Shown here: piece after piece, positions 24,278 through 34,838 of the stretch
Layout: each line of letters starts with the position of its first letter
Numbering within the stretch: the stretch's first letter is position 1
Assembly (NCBI RefSeq): GCF_011386835.1
Contig: NC_088791.1
Location: forward strand, 349,990,001-350,054,000
Source: Chrysemys picta bellii
Lineage: Eukaryota
Reading direction: 5' to 3'
DNA: 64,000 nucleotides
Made by a program: the position numbers and the translations under genes
The notes under the pieces: model-generated
What the model was told of the DNA's origin: nothing
Seen by the model: the letters and a program-made list of their open reading frames with translations, nothing else
Databases searched by the model: none

Positions 24278-25596
24278 ATCAACCCTTTTAATGAGCTTTG
24301 GTGTCTTTTAGCACTAGCTGATGCTGAGAACCAGTGATACCTTGTAGAGGTGACTTGAAAAGAAGTTTTCTCAAAACTAGGTTTGTGCCGAGATGCGGAA
24401 GGTTTTTAAATGTTTATTTTCCCCAGGGCCGCCTGGGGAAAGGGGGGACAGGTGGGGCAATTTGCCCTACGCCCCACAGGTGTCCCCACAAGAATATTAT
24501 ATTGCAACTTTTTTTTATGGAAGGTGCCCCAAAAATTGCTTTGCCACAGGTCCCTTGAATCCTCTGGACAGCGCTGCTTTCAACTACCTGAAAGGGGGTT
24601 CCAAAGAGGATGGATCTAGACTGTTCTCAGTGGTGGCAGATGACAGAACAAGGACTAATGGTCTCAAGTTGCAGTGGGGAGGGTTAGGTTGGATATTAGG
24701 AAAAACGTTTTCACTAGGAGGGTGGCAAGCACTGGAATGGGTTACCTAGGGATGTGGTGGAATCTCCTTCCTTAGAGGTTTTTAAAGTTGGGATGATTTA
24801 GTTGGGGATTGGACCTGTTTTGAGCAGGGGGTTGGACTAGATACCTCCTGTGGTCTCTTCCAACCCTGATAGTCTATGATTTTATGATAATGGCAGCTGA
24901 GCTTTCAGAGAAAAAATGATCCATTTTCTATGAAAATTCACCCCAAAAAATGGATGAAAAGGAAACATTTCAGTTTGTGGGGGGGAAAAACCTGTTTTCA
25001 AGACAAGCTCTAGCTCAAACCACGAGCCTCTGTCCGTCCTGCTACAGGACCACACCCCTAGGTGGCAGTGCTAGGCCCCCATCCACCTCCCACACTGAGC
25101 AGCCCCTTAAGATGGCAATATTTCCCAAAGAGAAAACGGGAGACGCTGTCGCTGGAATACTGTAGGGGCGCCCTAAGGTGTCAGGAGACTGTCACCTGTG
25201 GCTGGAATGCTGCCACTTCAGCTCTGCCTCACCCCCTGTGGGGGGCTGCCGTCTGCACTAGGCTCCCCCAAATGTTCCTTCACTCCCATTTCCCCATTTT
25301 TTTGACAGAAGTGGGCATTTGTCCCGTTTGCTCTTGCCAACTGATCAAGTCAGCAAGAGCAAACAATAGAAATGCCTCCTTTTGAAAAAAAATTCTGGAC
25401 GGCTGGGATAGGGCTTAAAAAAGGGACTGACCTGGTCAAAATGTAGGGTGTCTACACCAGCTCTGTAACAGAGATAGCCCCTGGAAAAGGCTTGACTGCA
25501 GCAGCCCCTCCAACAGTGGAACAATTTAAGAACATAAGAATGGCCATATGGATTCGGTCCATCTAGCTCAGTGTCCTGTCTTCTGACAGTGGCCAG

Positions 25597-26275
25597 TGGA
25601 ACTCTCAATGACCACAGACTCAGATAAGGTACGAAGGCACCCGGCCAGGTTTATTGCCAAAGGTACGAAGGCACCCGGCCAGGTTTATTGCCAAATGAAA
25701 CACGGTCTCTAGCTCCCCGGATCAGATGTCTACGGTTCTGCTGGTACATATGTGCCCCCTGACAATGGACTCAGCTCAGTCAGTGGCAGGACTTTCCACT
25801 GCCCCCTAGGCTGGACAAAGACAGCCCCTCTGAGATACATCTTTATACACAGATACAAACGAGTTACACATCACTCCTGACATATCGAGGTGCGACCCTT
25901 CTACATATCAAGGTGCCACACATTACATTGTGCATGTTGGTTCGATCAAAACATCCCTATCCATCATGTCATCCTGACCCTGTCTTTAGGATGGGTCAGC
26001 ATATTCCTGTTATCTATGGGGAGAGTGCTGGTATCAGGGTGTTCTTGTACCACCCTGGAATGTATTTACAGACTTGTGCCTAGTACCTCTTAGGTATGTG
26101 GGTTTCTGCAACATCAGCCCTGTTCTTCCCAGATTCTGTGAGCCGGGCCTGCCTCTTGCTCACAGCTTAACATTGCTTTATATTAGCAAAGTTGTGGCTA
26201 CTTTGGTTCAGGCCTCAGGCCTCACACCAAGCCTCTGATGCATGGGCTTAAGTTTCAGGGCTTCATCTTACTACA
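25597..26275 (-). mobile_element. Solo LTR at the junction between inverted unit 2 and unit 3
   Basis: TG...CA termini (tggaact ... cttactaca) and minus-strand AATAAA. The flanks (gccag / gaggg) are not a TSD and belong to different units. Confidence 0.75.
25626..25693. repeat. Perfect 34-bp tandem duplication inside the LTR
   Basis: aaggtacgaaggcacccggccaggtttattgcca, two copies. Confidence 0.95.
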
Positions 26276-28156
26276 GAGGGGCCGAGCTACCAGTGGGTCA
26301 CTGAGATCTGTGCATAACCTTGGGGATCCCTGGATCTTGGCTTCCCCTTTTCATTCCTCAGGGAGAAGGGAAGGGACCTCTCCTCCTGGAATGATCCGAG
26401 GGAAATTTCCATGTACGGAGCCTTGTGGAATCTCCCTTCCCTGGCCTGCACCCTGAGTTTGTAATACAGGACAGGGGGCTACTGAGGAGAAATCTGGTCC
26501 TATATTAATAATATTTTTATGATTAATTTACTTATTTATTAATTTTATTTCAGCAAGATCACAGCGGTGACATTGTTACCACTTGGCAGCCCCGAGGTAG
26601 CCCTGTGACTAATCGGAACCATACAAACAGTGACAACAAGCCCGGATTCCAGGAATAGACCCTGCAGCAGGGCTGGTGCTGCAGTCCATTGGGGTAGCGT
26701 CACCCCACGTCCCCTGTGATTTGGCCTATTGTAGTTTGCCATTGGCCGTGACGGGGGCAAAAGCTGGTGCACATGAAGCCAAGCAGCTGAAGTTCCCTGA
26801 TGGCCAAGTGGCTCCCAAGGGAATGTGCAGACATGCTTCATAAATACAGCTGCCTCCCTATCTGAACAGATACTGCCTGCTGCCTATGCAACCTCTCTGA
26901 TGGCGCCTTGTCCTTTAGGATGAAGATCTCTGGTGTCAGCGGCTCCCCTTCTAGCAGGAATTGGGTACGTTGGCAGGTTTTGCTATCTTTCACATTTGCA
27001 GATATTGTCTGAAGCAACAGAGGACTCAGTGACGGGCTGGAGGGCAGGCAGCGCTAGGTCATTTGGGAACTCCTCCCCTACTTCTGCCCATGCTGCACAG
27101 TGAATAATTTCAGCAGAAATCTGATATTCAAAGCGATCTCGGAGTGTTAAAACGCCACTGCCCTATGTCAGGATTTCTCAAGGGCTCCCATTTCTATAGA
27201 TGCAGTGTGCTCTGGGCCCTATAATGCTCCTGGCTGAGCAAGAGGACACCCCAGGGAATAGCGGTTACTAGTTCCCCAATCGCGCCACGTTTATTTTCTC
27301 CTGGAAATTTAATCAGCAAATGCATTTTCAACAATTTTATTCTCTGGCTTGATTGCGAAGGCAGGAATTCAGGGTCGTGCACTCAACAACTTTGTAATAC
27401 CTGTGCAAGACTTTTCAAAAAGTCCTGGAGAACAGAACCGCTGGTCTGTGTTTCAGCAAAGAGTAGAGCCGAGGTGCAGGAAAGGGGAGCATAATAGTGG
27501 TTTCAGTGTAATTTACACGCATTACCTGTTACATGAGCATGGCTGAAGTAACTTGCACATTCAACTGGATATTAGTGCAAATGTAGTGTTTGTGACGCCA
27601 ACCCCTCCCCGCCCAGCTGAAATAACCCTCTGAGTTATCTGTCACACTTCTAATTTGCCTAATACAGGATGCAGATTCTGTGAGGATGAAGAGAAGTCTG
27701 TAGGATGATCAAAGTCTCTGGATTCAGTCAACATTGGCTAGGAAAAGCACTTCAGCTTCTCTTGGAGGGATTCTTGGGGATCAGAGTGTATCACTGGGAG
27801 CATTTGGCAAGGGAAAGGTAATAGAGTCCTGTTCTAATGGAATTTACACATGTAAATCTGGAGTGATGCCATTACAGTCAATTCAGAACATGGCACTAAA
27901 AAATTATCTCATGTGCTTCAAAGAGATAGTGGCATAATTTGGACTCTCCAGATTGGATAAAGTAAATAAAATATATATAATGAGGCAATGAAACACATAA
28001 ATAGCTTCAATGCAGGATAGATAAAGTTTTCAACTAGCAATAATCACACCTCGGATTAACCTCATTGGCTATGATACTGCCACTGCACAAAGACCGTTTT
28101 CACCATGCACTTGCCAAGTGTTTACACACATGTTATGATACAATGGGCCACACTCA

Positions 28157-28452
28157 GGGCTGGTCTACACTTAGTCCGGACTTCGGACTAAGGTACGCAA
28201 ATTCAGCTACGTTAATAACGTAGCTGAATTCGAAGTACCTTAGTCCGGACTTACCGCGGTCCAGACGCGGCCGGAAGTCTCCCCGCGTCGACGCCGCGTA
28301 CTCCTCTCGGCGAGCTGGAGTACCGGCGTCGATTGTGAGCACTTCCGGGATCGATCCGGGATCGATTTATCGCGTCTTAACCAGACGCGATAAATCGATC
28401 CCAGAACATCGATGGCGTGCCTCCGGACCAGCCGGTAAGTGTAGACTAGGCC
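28157..28452. mobile_element. Young Harbinger-type MITE, CpG-rich
   Basis: TIRs gggctggtctacactta / taagtgtagactaggcc; 3-bp TSD TCA at 28154-28156 and 28453-28455. The empty site gggccacactcagaagtgg is present in unit 5. Confidence 0.9.
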
Positions 28453-28850
28453 TCAGAAATGGAGGGTCAAAAAAGGTGTCTGAGGGAAGGTCACAATTGC
28501 AAAAGCACACAGTGCTCAAATAGACTGAGGAAATCTGAGCCACAAGATATCAATGGGGCCAGTTGCTTAGAAGAATTCAAAGAGGCACAGGGTGTTTATA
28601 TGGCTTTCCAGAAAATCCAATTGAAGTAGTGAGGATTTATTGAAAAACTCTTGGAAGGACTCTAAACTTTCCTGATTTACACCACAAAATATGTCTAACT
28701 GGTGGGTGTCAGGGGAAAAATTTCCTGGGAACAGGTTATCTCATAGCTGCCTATTGGAAGACTAGATGGTGCTGGTCCTGCCATGAGTGCAGGGGATTAG
28801 ACTTGATGACCTCTCGAGGTTCCTTCCAGTTCTTAGCTATCTTAGCGGGT

Positions 28851-29300
28851 GGCTATCTTACAACAGAAAAACTTCAAAAACAGACTCCAAGGAGAGACTA
28901 CTGAGCTGATTGATATGCAAACTAGACACAATCAACTCAGGATTGAATAAGGACTGGGAATGGCTGAGCCATTACAAACATTGAATCTATCTCCCCTTGT
29001 AAGTATTCTCACACTTCTTATCAAACTGTCTGTACTGGGCTAGCTTAATTATCACTTCAAAAAAATTGTTTTCTTACTTAATTGGCCTCTCAGAGTTGGT
29101 AAGACAACTCCCACCTGTTCATGCTCTCTGTATGTGTGTATATATATCTCCTCAATATATGTTCCACTCTATATGCATCCGAAGAAGTGGGCAGTAGCCC
29201 ATGAAAGCTTATGCTCTCATAAATTTGTTAGTCTCTAAGGTGCCACAAGTACTCCTGTTCTTTTTGTGGATACAGACTAACACGGCTGCTACTCTGAAAC
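28851..29300 (+). mobile_element. Penelope-like element 3' fragment (GIY-YIG C-terminus, 3' UTR, hammerhead-bearing end), preceded by a short CR1 3' piece at about 28757-28833
   Basis: AILQQKNFKNRLQ.ET.EL...CKLDTI..GLNKDWEWL.HYKH relic, then ...gcatccgaagaagtgggcagtagcccatgaaagcttatgc...gatacagactaacacggctgctactctgaaac. Confidence 0.88.
29175..29214 (+). ncRNA. Minimal type I hammerhead ribozyme motif (Penelope-associated)
   Basis: GCAU-CCGAAGA-A-GUGGGC-AGUA-GCCCAU-GAAA-GCU-U-AUGC: stem I GCAU/AUGC, core variant of CUGANGA, stem II, GAAA, and palindromic AAGCUU as stem III. Confidence 0.7.
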
Positions 29301-29481
29301 CTATCTTCCTATTGATCCTGTAAATCCCAAACTATGTTTTTGCTGATCTTCCTTGAGCTCCGGGGAGTCTCTAGAATTGCACTCAGAGCAGAATGATGTC
29401 TCGATAAATATCAACTAGTCTCCTGTTCTTTTTCCTTTCAGGAAGGAAAGTTCAAAACTCATCGGACCTTCTCAGTCCATT

Positions 29482-30417
29482 ATGTCAGCTGTCAATGAAA
29501 CCAAATTGAACCCTGACGTTTTCCTTCTCACCGGGATACCTGGGAAGGAAGACATCCATCTCTGGATCTCTATCCCCTTCTGCTTAGTATATGTTATTTC
29601 AATAGTAGGAAATTCAGTCATTCTGTTCATTATAAAAACAGATCCAAGCCTCCATGAGCCCATGTACATTTTCCTTTCCATGTTGGCCATCACAGACCTT
29701 GGCATATCAATATCCACCATACCGACAATACTGGGCATATACTTGTTTAATTCTAGGGAGATCAGCCTCAATGCTTGTTTTACCCAACTGTTCTTTATCC
29801 ACTTTCTCGCAAAAATTGAATCCTCCATGCTCTTGATGATGGCCTTTGACCGCTTCATTGCGATCTGTAACCCACTGAGATATGCTTCCATCTTAACCCT
29901 GCCGAGAATAGCCAAGATGGGGTTGGTGTTTGTGCTAAGAGGGGTGGCTGTAGCATTACCATTCCCCTTCCTCCTGAAACGGTTCCAATACTGTCGAGCC
30001 AATGTCCTCTCCCATTCCTACTGCCTGCACCAGGACATCATGAAGTTGGCATGTGCGGACATCACAGTCAATAACATCTATGGCTTGTTTATTACACTCA
30101 TAACGGTATGGTTGGACTCACTGCTCATCTTCCTCTCTTATGTGATGATCCTCAAAGCAGTGCTGAGCATCACATCCCACACAGAGTGCCTCAGGGCTCT
30201 GAACACCTGCGTCTCCCACCTCTGCGCCGTCCTGGTCTTCTACATGCCAGAGTTCAGCCTGACTGTCATACACAGATTCTGGAAGGGCTCTTCTCCCTTG
30301 CTTCAAATTCTCCTGGGCTACATCTACTTGCTGGGCCCGCCCTTGATGAACCCAATTGTGTACAGCGTGAAAAGCAAACATCTTCGTGCGAGGATAATCC
30401 AGGTGTTTGTTAAATGA
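29482..30417 (+). CDS. Class I olfactory receptor, OR51 family (OR3 here), intact, 311 aa
   Basis: LHEPMY, MAFDRFIAICNPLRY, HSYCLHQD, HRFW and PPLMNPIVYSVKSK motifs; NET sequon. Confidence 0.97.
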   Translation: MSAVNETKLNPDVFLLTGIPGKEDIHLWISIPFCLVYVISIVGNSVILFIIKTDPSLHEPMYIFLSMLAITDLGISISTIPTILGIYLFNSREISLNACFTQLFFIHFLAKIESSMLLMMAFDRFIAICNPLRYASILTLPRIAKMGLVFVLRGVAVALPFPFLLKRFQYCRANVLSHSYCLHQDIMKLACADITVNNIYGLFITLITVWLDSLLIFLSYVMILKAVLSITSHTECLRALNTCVSHLCAVLVFYMPEFSLTVIHRFWKGSSPLLQILLGYIYLLGPPLMNPIVYSVKSKHLRARIIQVFVK

Positions 30418-33149
30418 ATAGTCAGTTCATCATCCAGCTACAAGGTTGGTGATACAGGAGTTAAGAAAAACAGGCCGTGGCCACCTATTCCATCCTGGAC
30501 CCTTATGTCTACGACGACAAGAGCTACTGATTTCCACTCGTTAGAGAGAAGTTCAGATGGGGTGTAAGACCTGGAGCAATGGAAGTGGGGCTGTTCCCAT
30601 GCGCTGTTAAGGGAGGACAGGGCACTGGGGGAAGGAGACCAGGGGAGGCAGCAGCATATACAAAGTGACTGTGTTCGTGGAGAGCCCAGGGACCGGTGGG
30701 ACGTTGGCCCATAAAGAGCAGTATCGGTGGCTACTTCGACCTCAGAATTCCTGTTGATACAGTCAATAAAGAGACGGGATGTGAATGTTGTTTCTCATTA
30801 CACCTGGCCTGTCACACAGTCCTGCCTCTATTTAAACATCCACGGTCATGAAAAAAGCTGCAGAGCTGTTCTGTGGTCAAAGTTCTGGCCCTTAATGATC
30901 ACTCTGGGAGCTGCATAATCCATTGGGCTGCACGAGCTGGGGACAGGGGCTATTCAAGGGACACAGTCACCCACCCTTCCCCTACGCCCTCAGCCAGGTG
31001 CTTGTGACTGAGTCGTGTCAGAGACCTGATTAACACAGGATCCCCAGGAGAAGCCATTCAGGTAATATCCCCCACCCCTTATTGATGGCTCAGCCCACAC
31101 AAGCATATTCCCTCCTACTCCTCCCCTCTGTTTGTGCTCTCCCAGTAATACAAAGGGGTAGAAACAGGCCTCACCTCCCCAACAGAGTCATGGTCATCTC
31201 CTGTCCCAGCCCAGCCCATTCAGAGTAGGGTGACCACCTTTTCAAAAGCCAAAAGCAGGACACATGCAGGAGCCCTGCCCCCTACATGGCCTCACCCCGG
31301 CCCTCTTCTTCCTCCCGAACTCCCACCCCCTGCTCCTCCTCTTTCTCCAAGCCTCACCCACTGACTAGGCCGGATGTCACAGACAGGCCATGATAAGAGG
31401 CGCCCAGGGAGCAAGTGCTGCTCTGGGGAACCCCAGATCCTCCACCTGCCCCAGTCAGGGGGTGTGGCCTCATAGCAAGGGCGGGCTAAGGATCTCCTCA
31501 GCCCCCTAACTGTGAAAAGGATGGCGCTGCCCATGAGCCTTGGGCAGGCATGGATCGGCATGGCAGGTAATTTAGGACAAATGCTGTTCTGAAGTCATTC
31601 AGCCCAGAGCAGGACTCGAACTCTGCATTTCGGGATTCTCCACCCTAATTCAGTGGCCATTAGAGGTGGTGTGTTGGGAACTGTCCCCTTTAGGGTTAGG
31701 AGAGATAAGGGGGGGTCAGTCAACCCCTGATCCAGAGTGGGGCCCTTTACAGTTCCTCTGACTTTTGAAGTTGACGGAGGCCTAGAAGAGGCAGCTAGTG
31801 GGAGAGATGAAGATGGTCGCAGGGAATAGTTACTGCTTTGGGAAATCCTTCACTCCATGCCAAACAGGAGGCGTCTTAGGTGGGACACAGGCTGAATCCT
31901 CTCTCGCAACATGGGCAACACCAGCAGGGGACGGGCAGCTGCCCTCGCTCAGCCCACGGGAAAGGGACTGAGATATCCTGGGTACCAGCTGGGGAGAAGC
32001 CAGTAAGGCTGCAGCAATGCAGACTCCAGCAAGCAGGGTGGGGGGACTTCTGAGTAAAGGAGGAGGATGGGGCTGGAGTGTAGGAGGGCCTGTGTTTTGT
32101 AAAAGACTGAATTAATGCAACCCCTCAAAGGAGGCTCCTTTTTAAAGTATCCCAGACTGAGAGTAAGTCATTGCAAGTACCTTAGAGGGAAGGACAGGAC
32201 ACCTGCAGGGCTACCTCAGACCCGAAGTGGGCAGTCTGGAGTGGCTCCCGTTCACAAGGCCTTGGCCAGGGTGTGCTGTGCTCTTGCAAGGCATTATCAC
32301 CAGACGTAGATCAGCCCAGCCCCCAGGCTGCTCTAAACTCTGCTGAGGCAGGGAGAGAACAGGCCAGTGAATCAAACCACTGTAACTGGCTCCTTGCCAT
32401 CCCCACTCTCTGTAGCACAGGGGGGAGCTCTGCTGGCAGAGCAGAGAATCCAGCCGGGCCTGTCAGCGTTCAGATGGCTGGAAGACTGGTCCAGTGGTCT
32501 GGGCAGGACTGCTGGGTTTGAGTCCCTTGCTGTGTGTGACCATGGGTAAGCCACTGGCTGTCTCTGAGCCTCTGCCTCACAGTGATGGTGGGAGGATAAA
32601 GATAGTCAAGGTGCTCAGATGCACTGAGACCCTAAGATCAGGGCTATGTCAGGGTTCCACAGAGCAACACCTCTGACATTTGTCTATCCAACGCCTCTTA
32701 CCACAGCCCCTGTGACAGCTGGCTTGTGGGAAACCCTGTGACTCCAGCACCGAGGTGTGTGTGGCAGATGTGGGGGTGCTCAGGAGTGACAGTGAGGGGT
32801 AGGGAGTGGATTTCTGAGGGGAGTGTTGCAGCGTCACAGGGATGCTGAGCATTTCAGCACAGTCACCATAGCCAGAGTGCCGAGCCCCCTGCTCCCAGAG
32901 CAACCCAGAGCTTCCACAGACCCATGGCTGAACCAATGATCCCTCCACCCCCAATGCTGGAGGAGCCCCAGGCTGGCTGGAGCGCCCCCAGTCATGCCGA
33001 GCCCACTCTCCTGAGACCCCAAGCCACCCCTTGGGAAAAGCCTGTCTCTTCCCAAAGAACCTGAGCTTTTTATATGCCCAATGCATGTTCCAGGGCAGCT
33101 GAGGAGGTGGTTGTGAAATTGCCCCCGATATTGATCTTAGTGCTATTCT

Positions 33150-34252
33150 TGTGATACGATTATGATGTAGTTATTTGTGTCTTGTATAAAAAATGTCTCG
33201 GGAGTTTAGCATGGAAAAATTATGATTTGCAGAATATGATGATCCTATTTGTGTGCTTGTATCATTTTTGCATCTGAGGTTATGAATATTGACTATGTCT
33301 CTGTATTTCAAATGTAGTTACACGTGGGTGACACCCACTAGGCAAAATGCTTCCAGTCAGAACAGCTGGTTGTGAAGGGCCTATTCCGGGTACTGGGACA
33401 TTAGGGGAAACAACAGGAGAAGGTTATACTCCATCTGGTCAGCCTTCCCAGAACGCTCTGGACAGCCTATGGATAATGGTTGCTATGATGCAGAAGGGCA
33501 TGCAAAGGCCTGGGACCAGACCACAAGACAGTTAATTCCATTTTGGTACCTGTATTTTTCTACTATATAACATGGGGAGTGACACCATCCCTTGGCCTCA
33601 CTCCCCACACAAGAGAATTCCTGGAAACACCTGAGGAACAATGTCTGAACGGGGGAAGTGTTGATCCCAGGCTCAAAGGATTACTAGCCTGCATTTGAAA
33701 ACTTGGTGGACTGCTTGTGTCATCACCCAGGGTGAAAAATTGTTATTTCATATCCAATCTATCTAGCATGTTAGGCTTAGTTTGCATTTTTTGTTTATTT
33801 GCTAGGCAATCTGCTTTGATCGGATTTCTATCAACTTTAATCACTTAAAATCCATCTTTTTGTAGTTAATAAAACTATCTTATGCTTTATTTTTACCAGT
33901 ATGCTTTGAGTAAAGTGTCTGGGGGAAACCTCAGCTCTGTGTACAAAGGCTGTTGTATATCCTTCCCACATCAAGGGCAAAGCAACCTATATTAATGAGC
34001 TTGGGTTTATATTCCAGTAAGGGAGCAAAGGTTGGGGAGCTGGGAATTGTCTATTGTCTCCAGCCTGCCCTTGAGTGGCTGAACTAAAGCACCCAGGTAG
34101 CTTAGTTGGGTGTGTGGCGCCACCTACTGTTGTGTTGGGTGAAAACAGGGATTGAAGAGGCTGTCTTTGTCACCAACTAAGCAGTGTAAGATTGGCCAGC
34201 CCAACTGGAGGGTTAAGGGCACAGCGGTTCCCAGAGCTCCCAGACTGTAACA
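33150..34252. mobile_element. LTR-like element, about 1.1 kb
   Basis: tgtgata ... tgtaaca termini, AT-rich body, and not found in other units. No TSD found. Confidence 0.5.
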
Positions 34253-34526
34253 ACCTGTCACTTGTGTTACTCAGGTTCCTGGTTCCATCAGTAATCTCCA
34301 TGGAGTGCAGCGAGATTACTGAAGAAGCTGAATAGCACATAATGCCTCCTCACCTACCCTGGAACCTGCATGGCACATAATAATAAAAAGTTCCCTGTGC
34401 GAACCCTGCAACTGGCAGCGGGTGGCCACAGCAGCACCGGGGGGGTGGGGGGGGGAGGCTTCTCCTGTCCAGGCCTATATCCACCACCTCTGGTTCCCAA
34501 CACTCTGTTTGCTTTTCTGACTGACG

Positions 34527-34838
34527 CTGCACACTGAGCAGATCTTTTCAGAGAACTATCCACGGGTCCAAGATCTCTTTCTTGAGTGGTAACAGATAAT
34601 TTGACACCACCATTTTGTCTCTACAGTTTGGATTATGTTTTTCCAATGTGTGTTACTTTGCATTTGTCAACGCTGAATTTCATCTGCCATTTTGTTGTCC
34701 AGTCTCCGAGTGCTGTGAGATCCCTTTGTAACTCTTCACAGTCTGATTTGGACTTACATATATTGAATAATTTTATCCCATCTGAAAATGTTGCCACCTC
34801 ACTGCATGCCCTTTTTTCCAGATCATTTCTGAATATTT
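34527..34838 (-). mobile_element. CR1 reverse transcriptase fragment
   Basis: VATFSDGIKLFNICKSKSDCEELQRDLTALGDWTTKWQMKFSVDKCKVTHIGK (degenerate FADD motif). Confidence 0.85.

Larger units (their letters stand above)
21995..24576. mobile_element. Composite non-autonomous hAT-like unit, 2582 bp
   Basis: Ends cagggtcgcc... and ...ggacagcgctg; perfect 8-bp TSD CTTTCAAC at 21987-21994 and 24577-24584. A second left end begins at 24424. Confidence 0.75.
21670..24889 (+). mobile_element. CR1 3' fragment (21670-21994 plus 24577-24889) split by a composite hAT insertion
   Basis: CR1 RT C-terminal sequence and a ctatgattttatgat tail; 7-bp TSD ATGGCAG at 21663-21669 and 24890-24896. Confidence 0.85.
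13581..25596 (-). repeat. Inverted segmental duplication unit 2
   Basis: Reverse complement of the downstream block (13581-15372), OR2, and the upstream block (16321-25596), with unit-specific insertions. Confidence 0.85.

Noticed and set aside
29472-30002. Antisense ORFs recurring opposite each OR (MARQYWNRF...)
   Set aside because: Shadow frames produced by OR codon structure, interrupted at different places in different paralogs.
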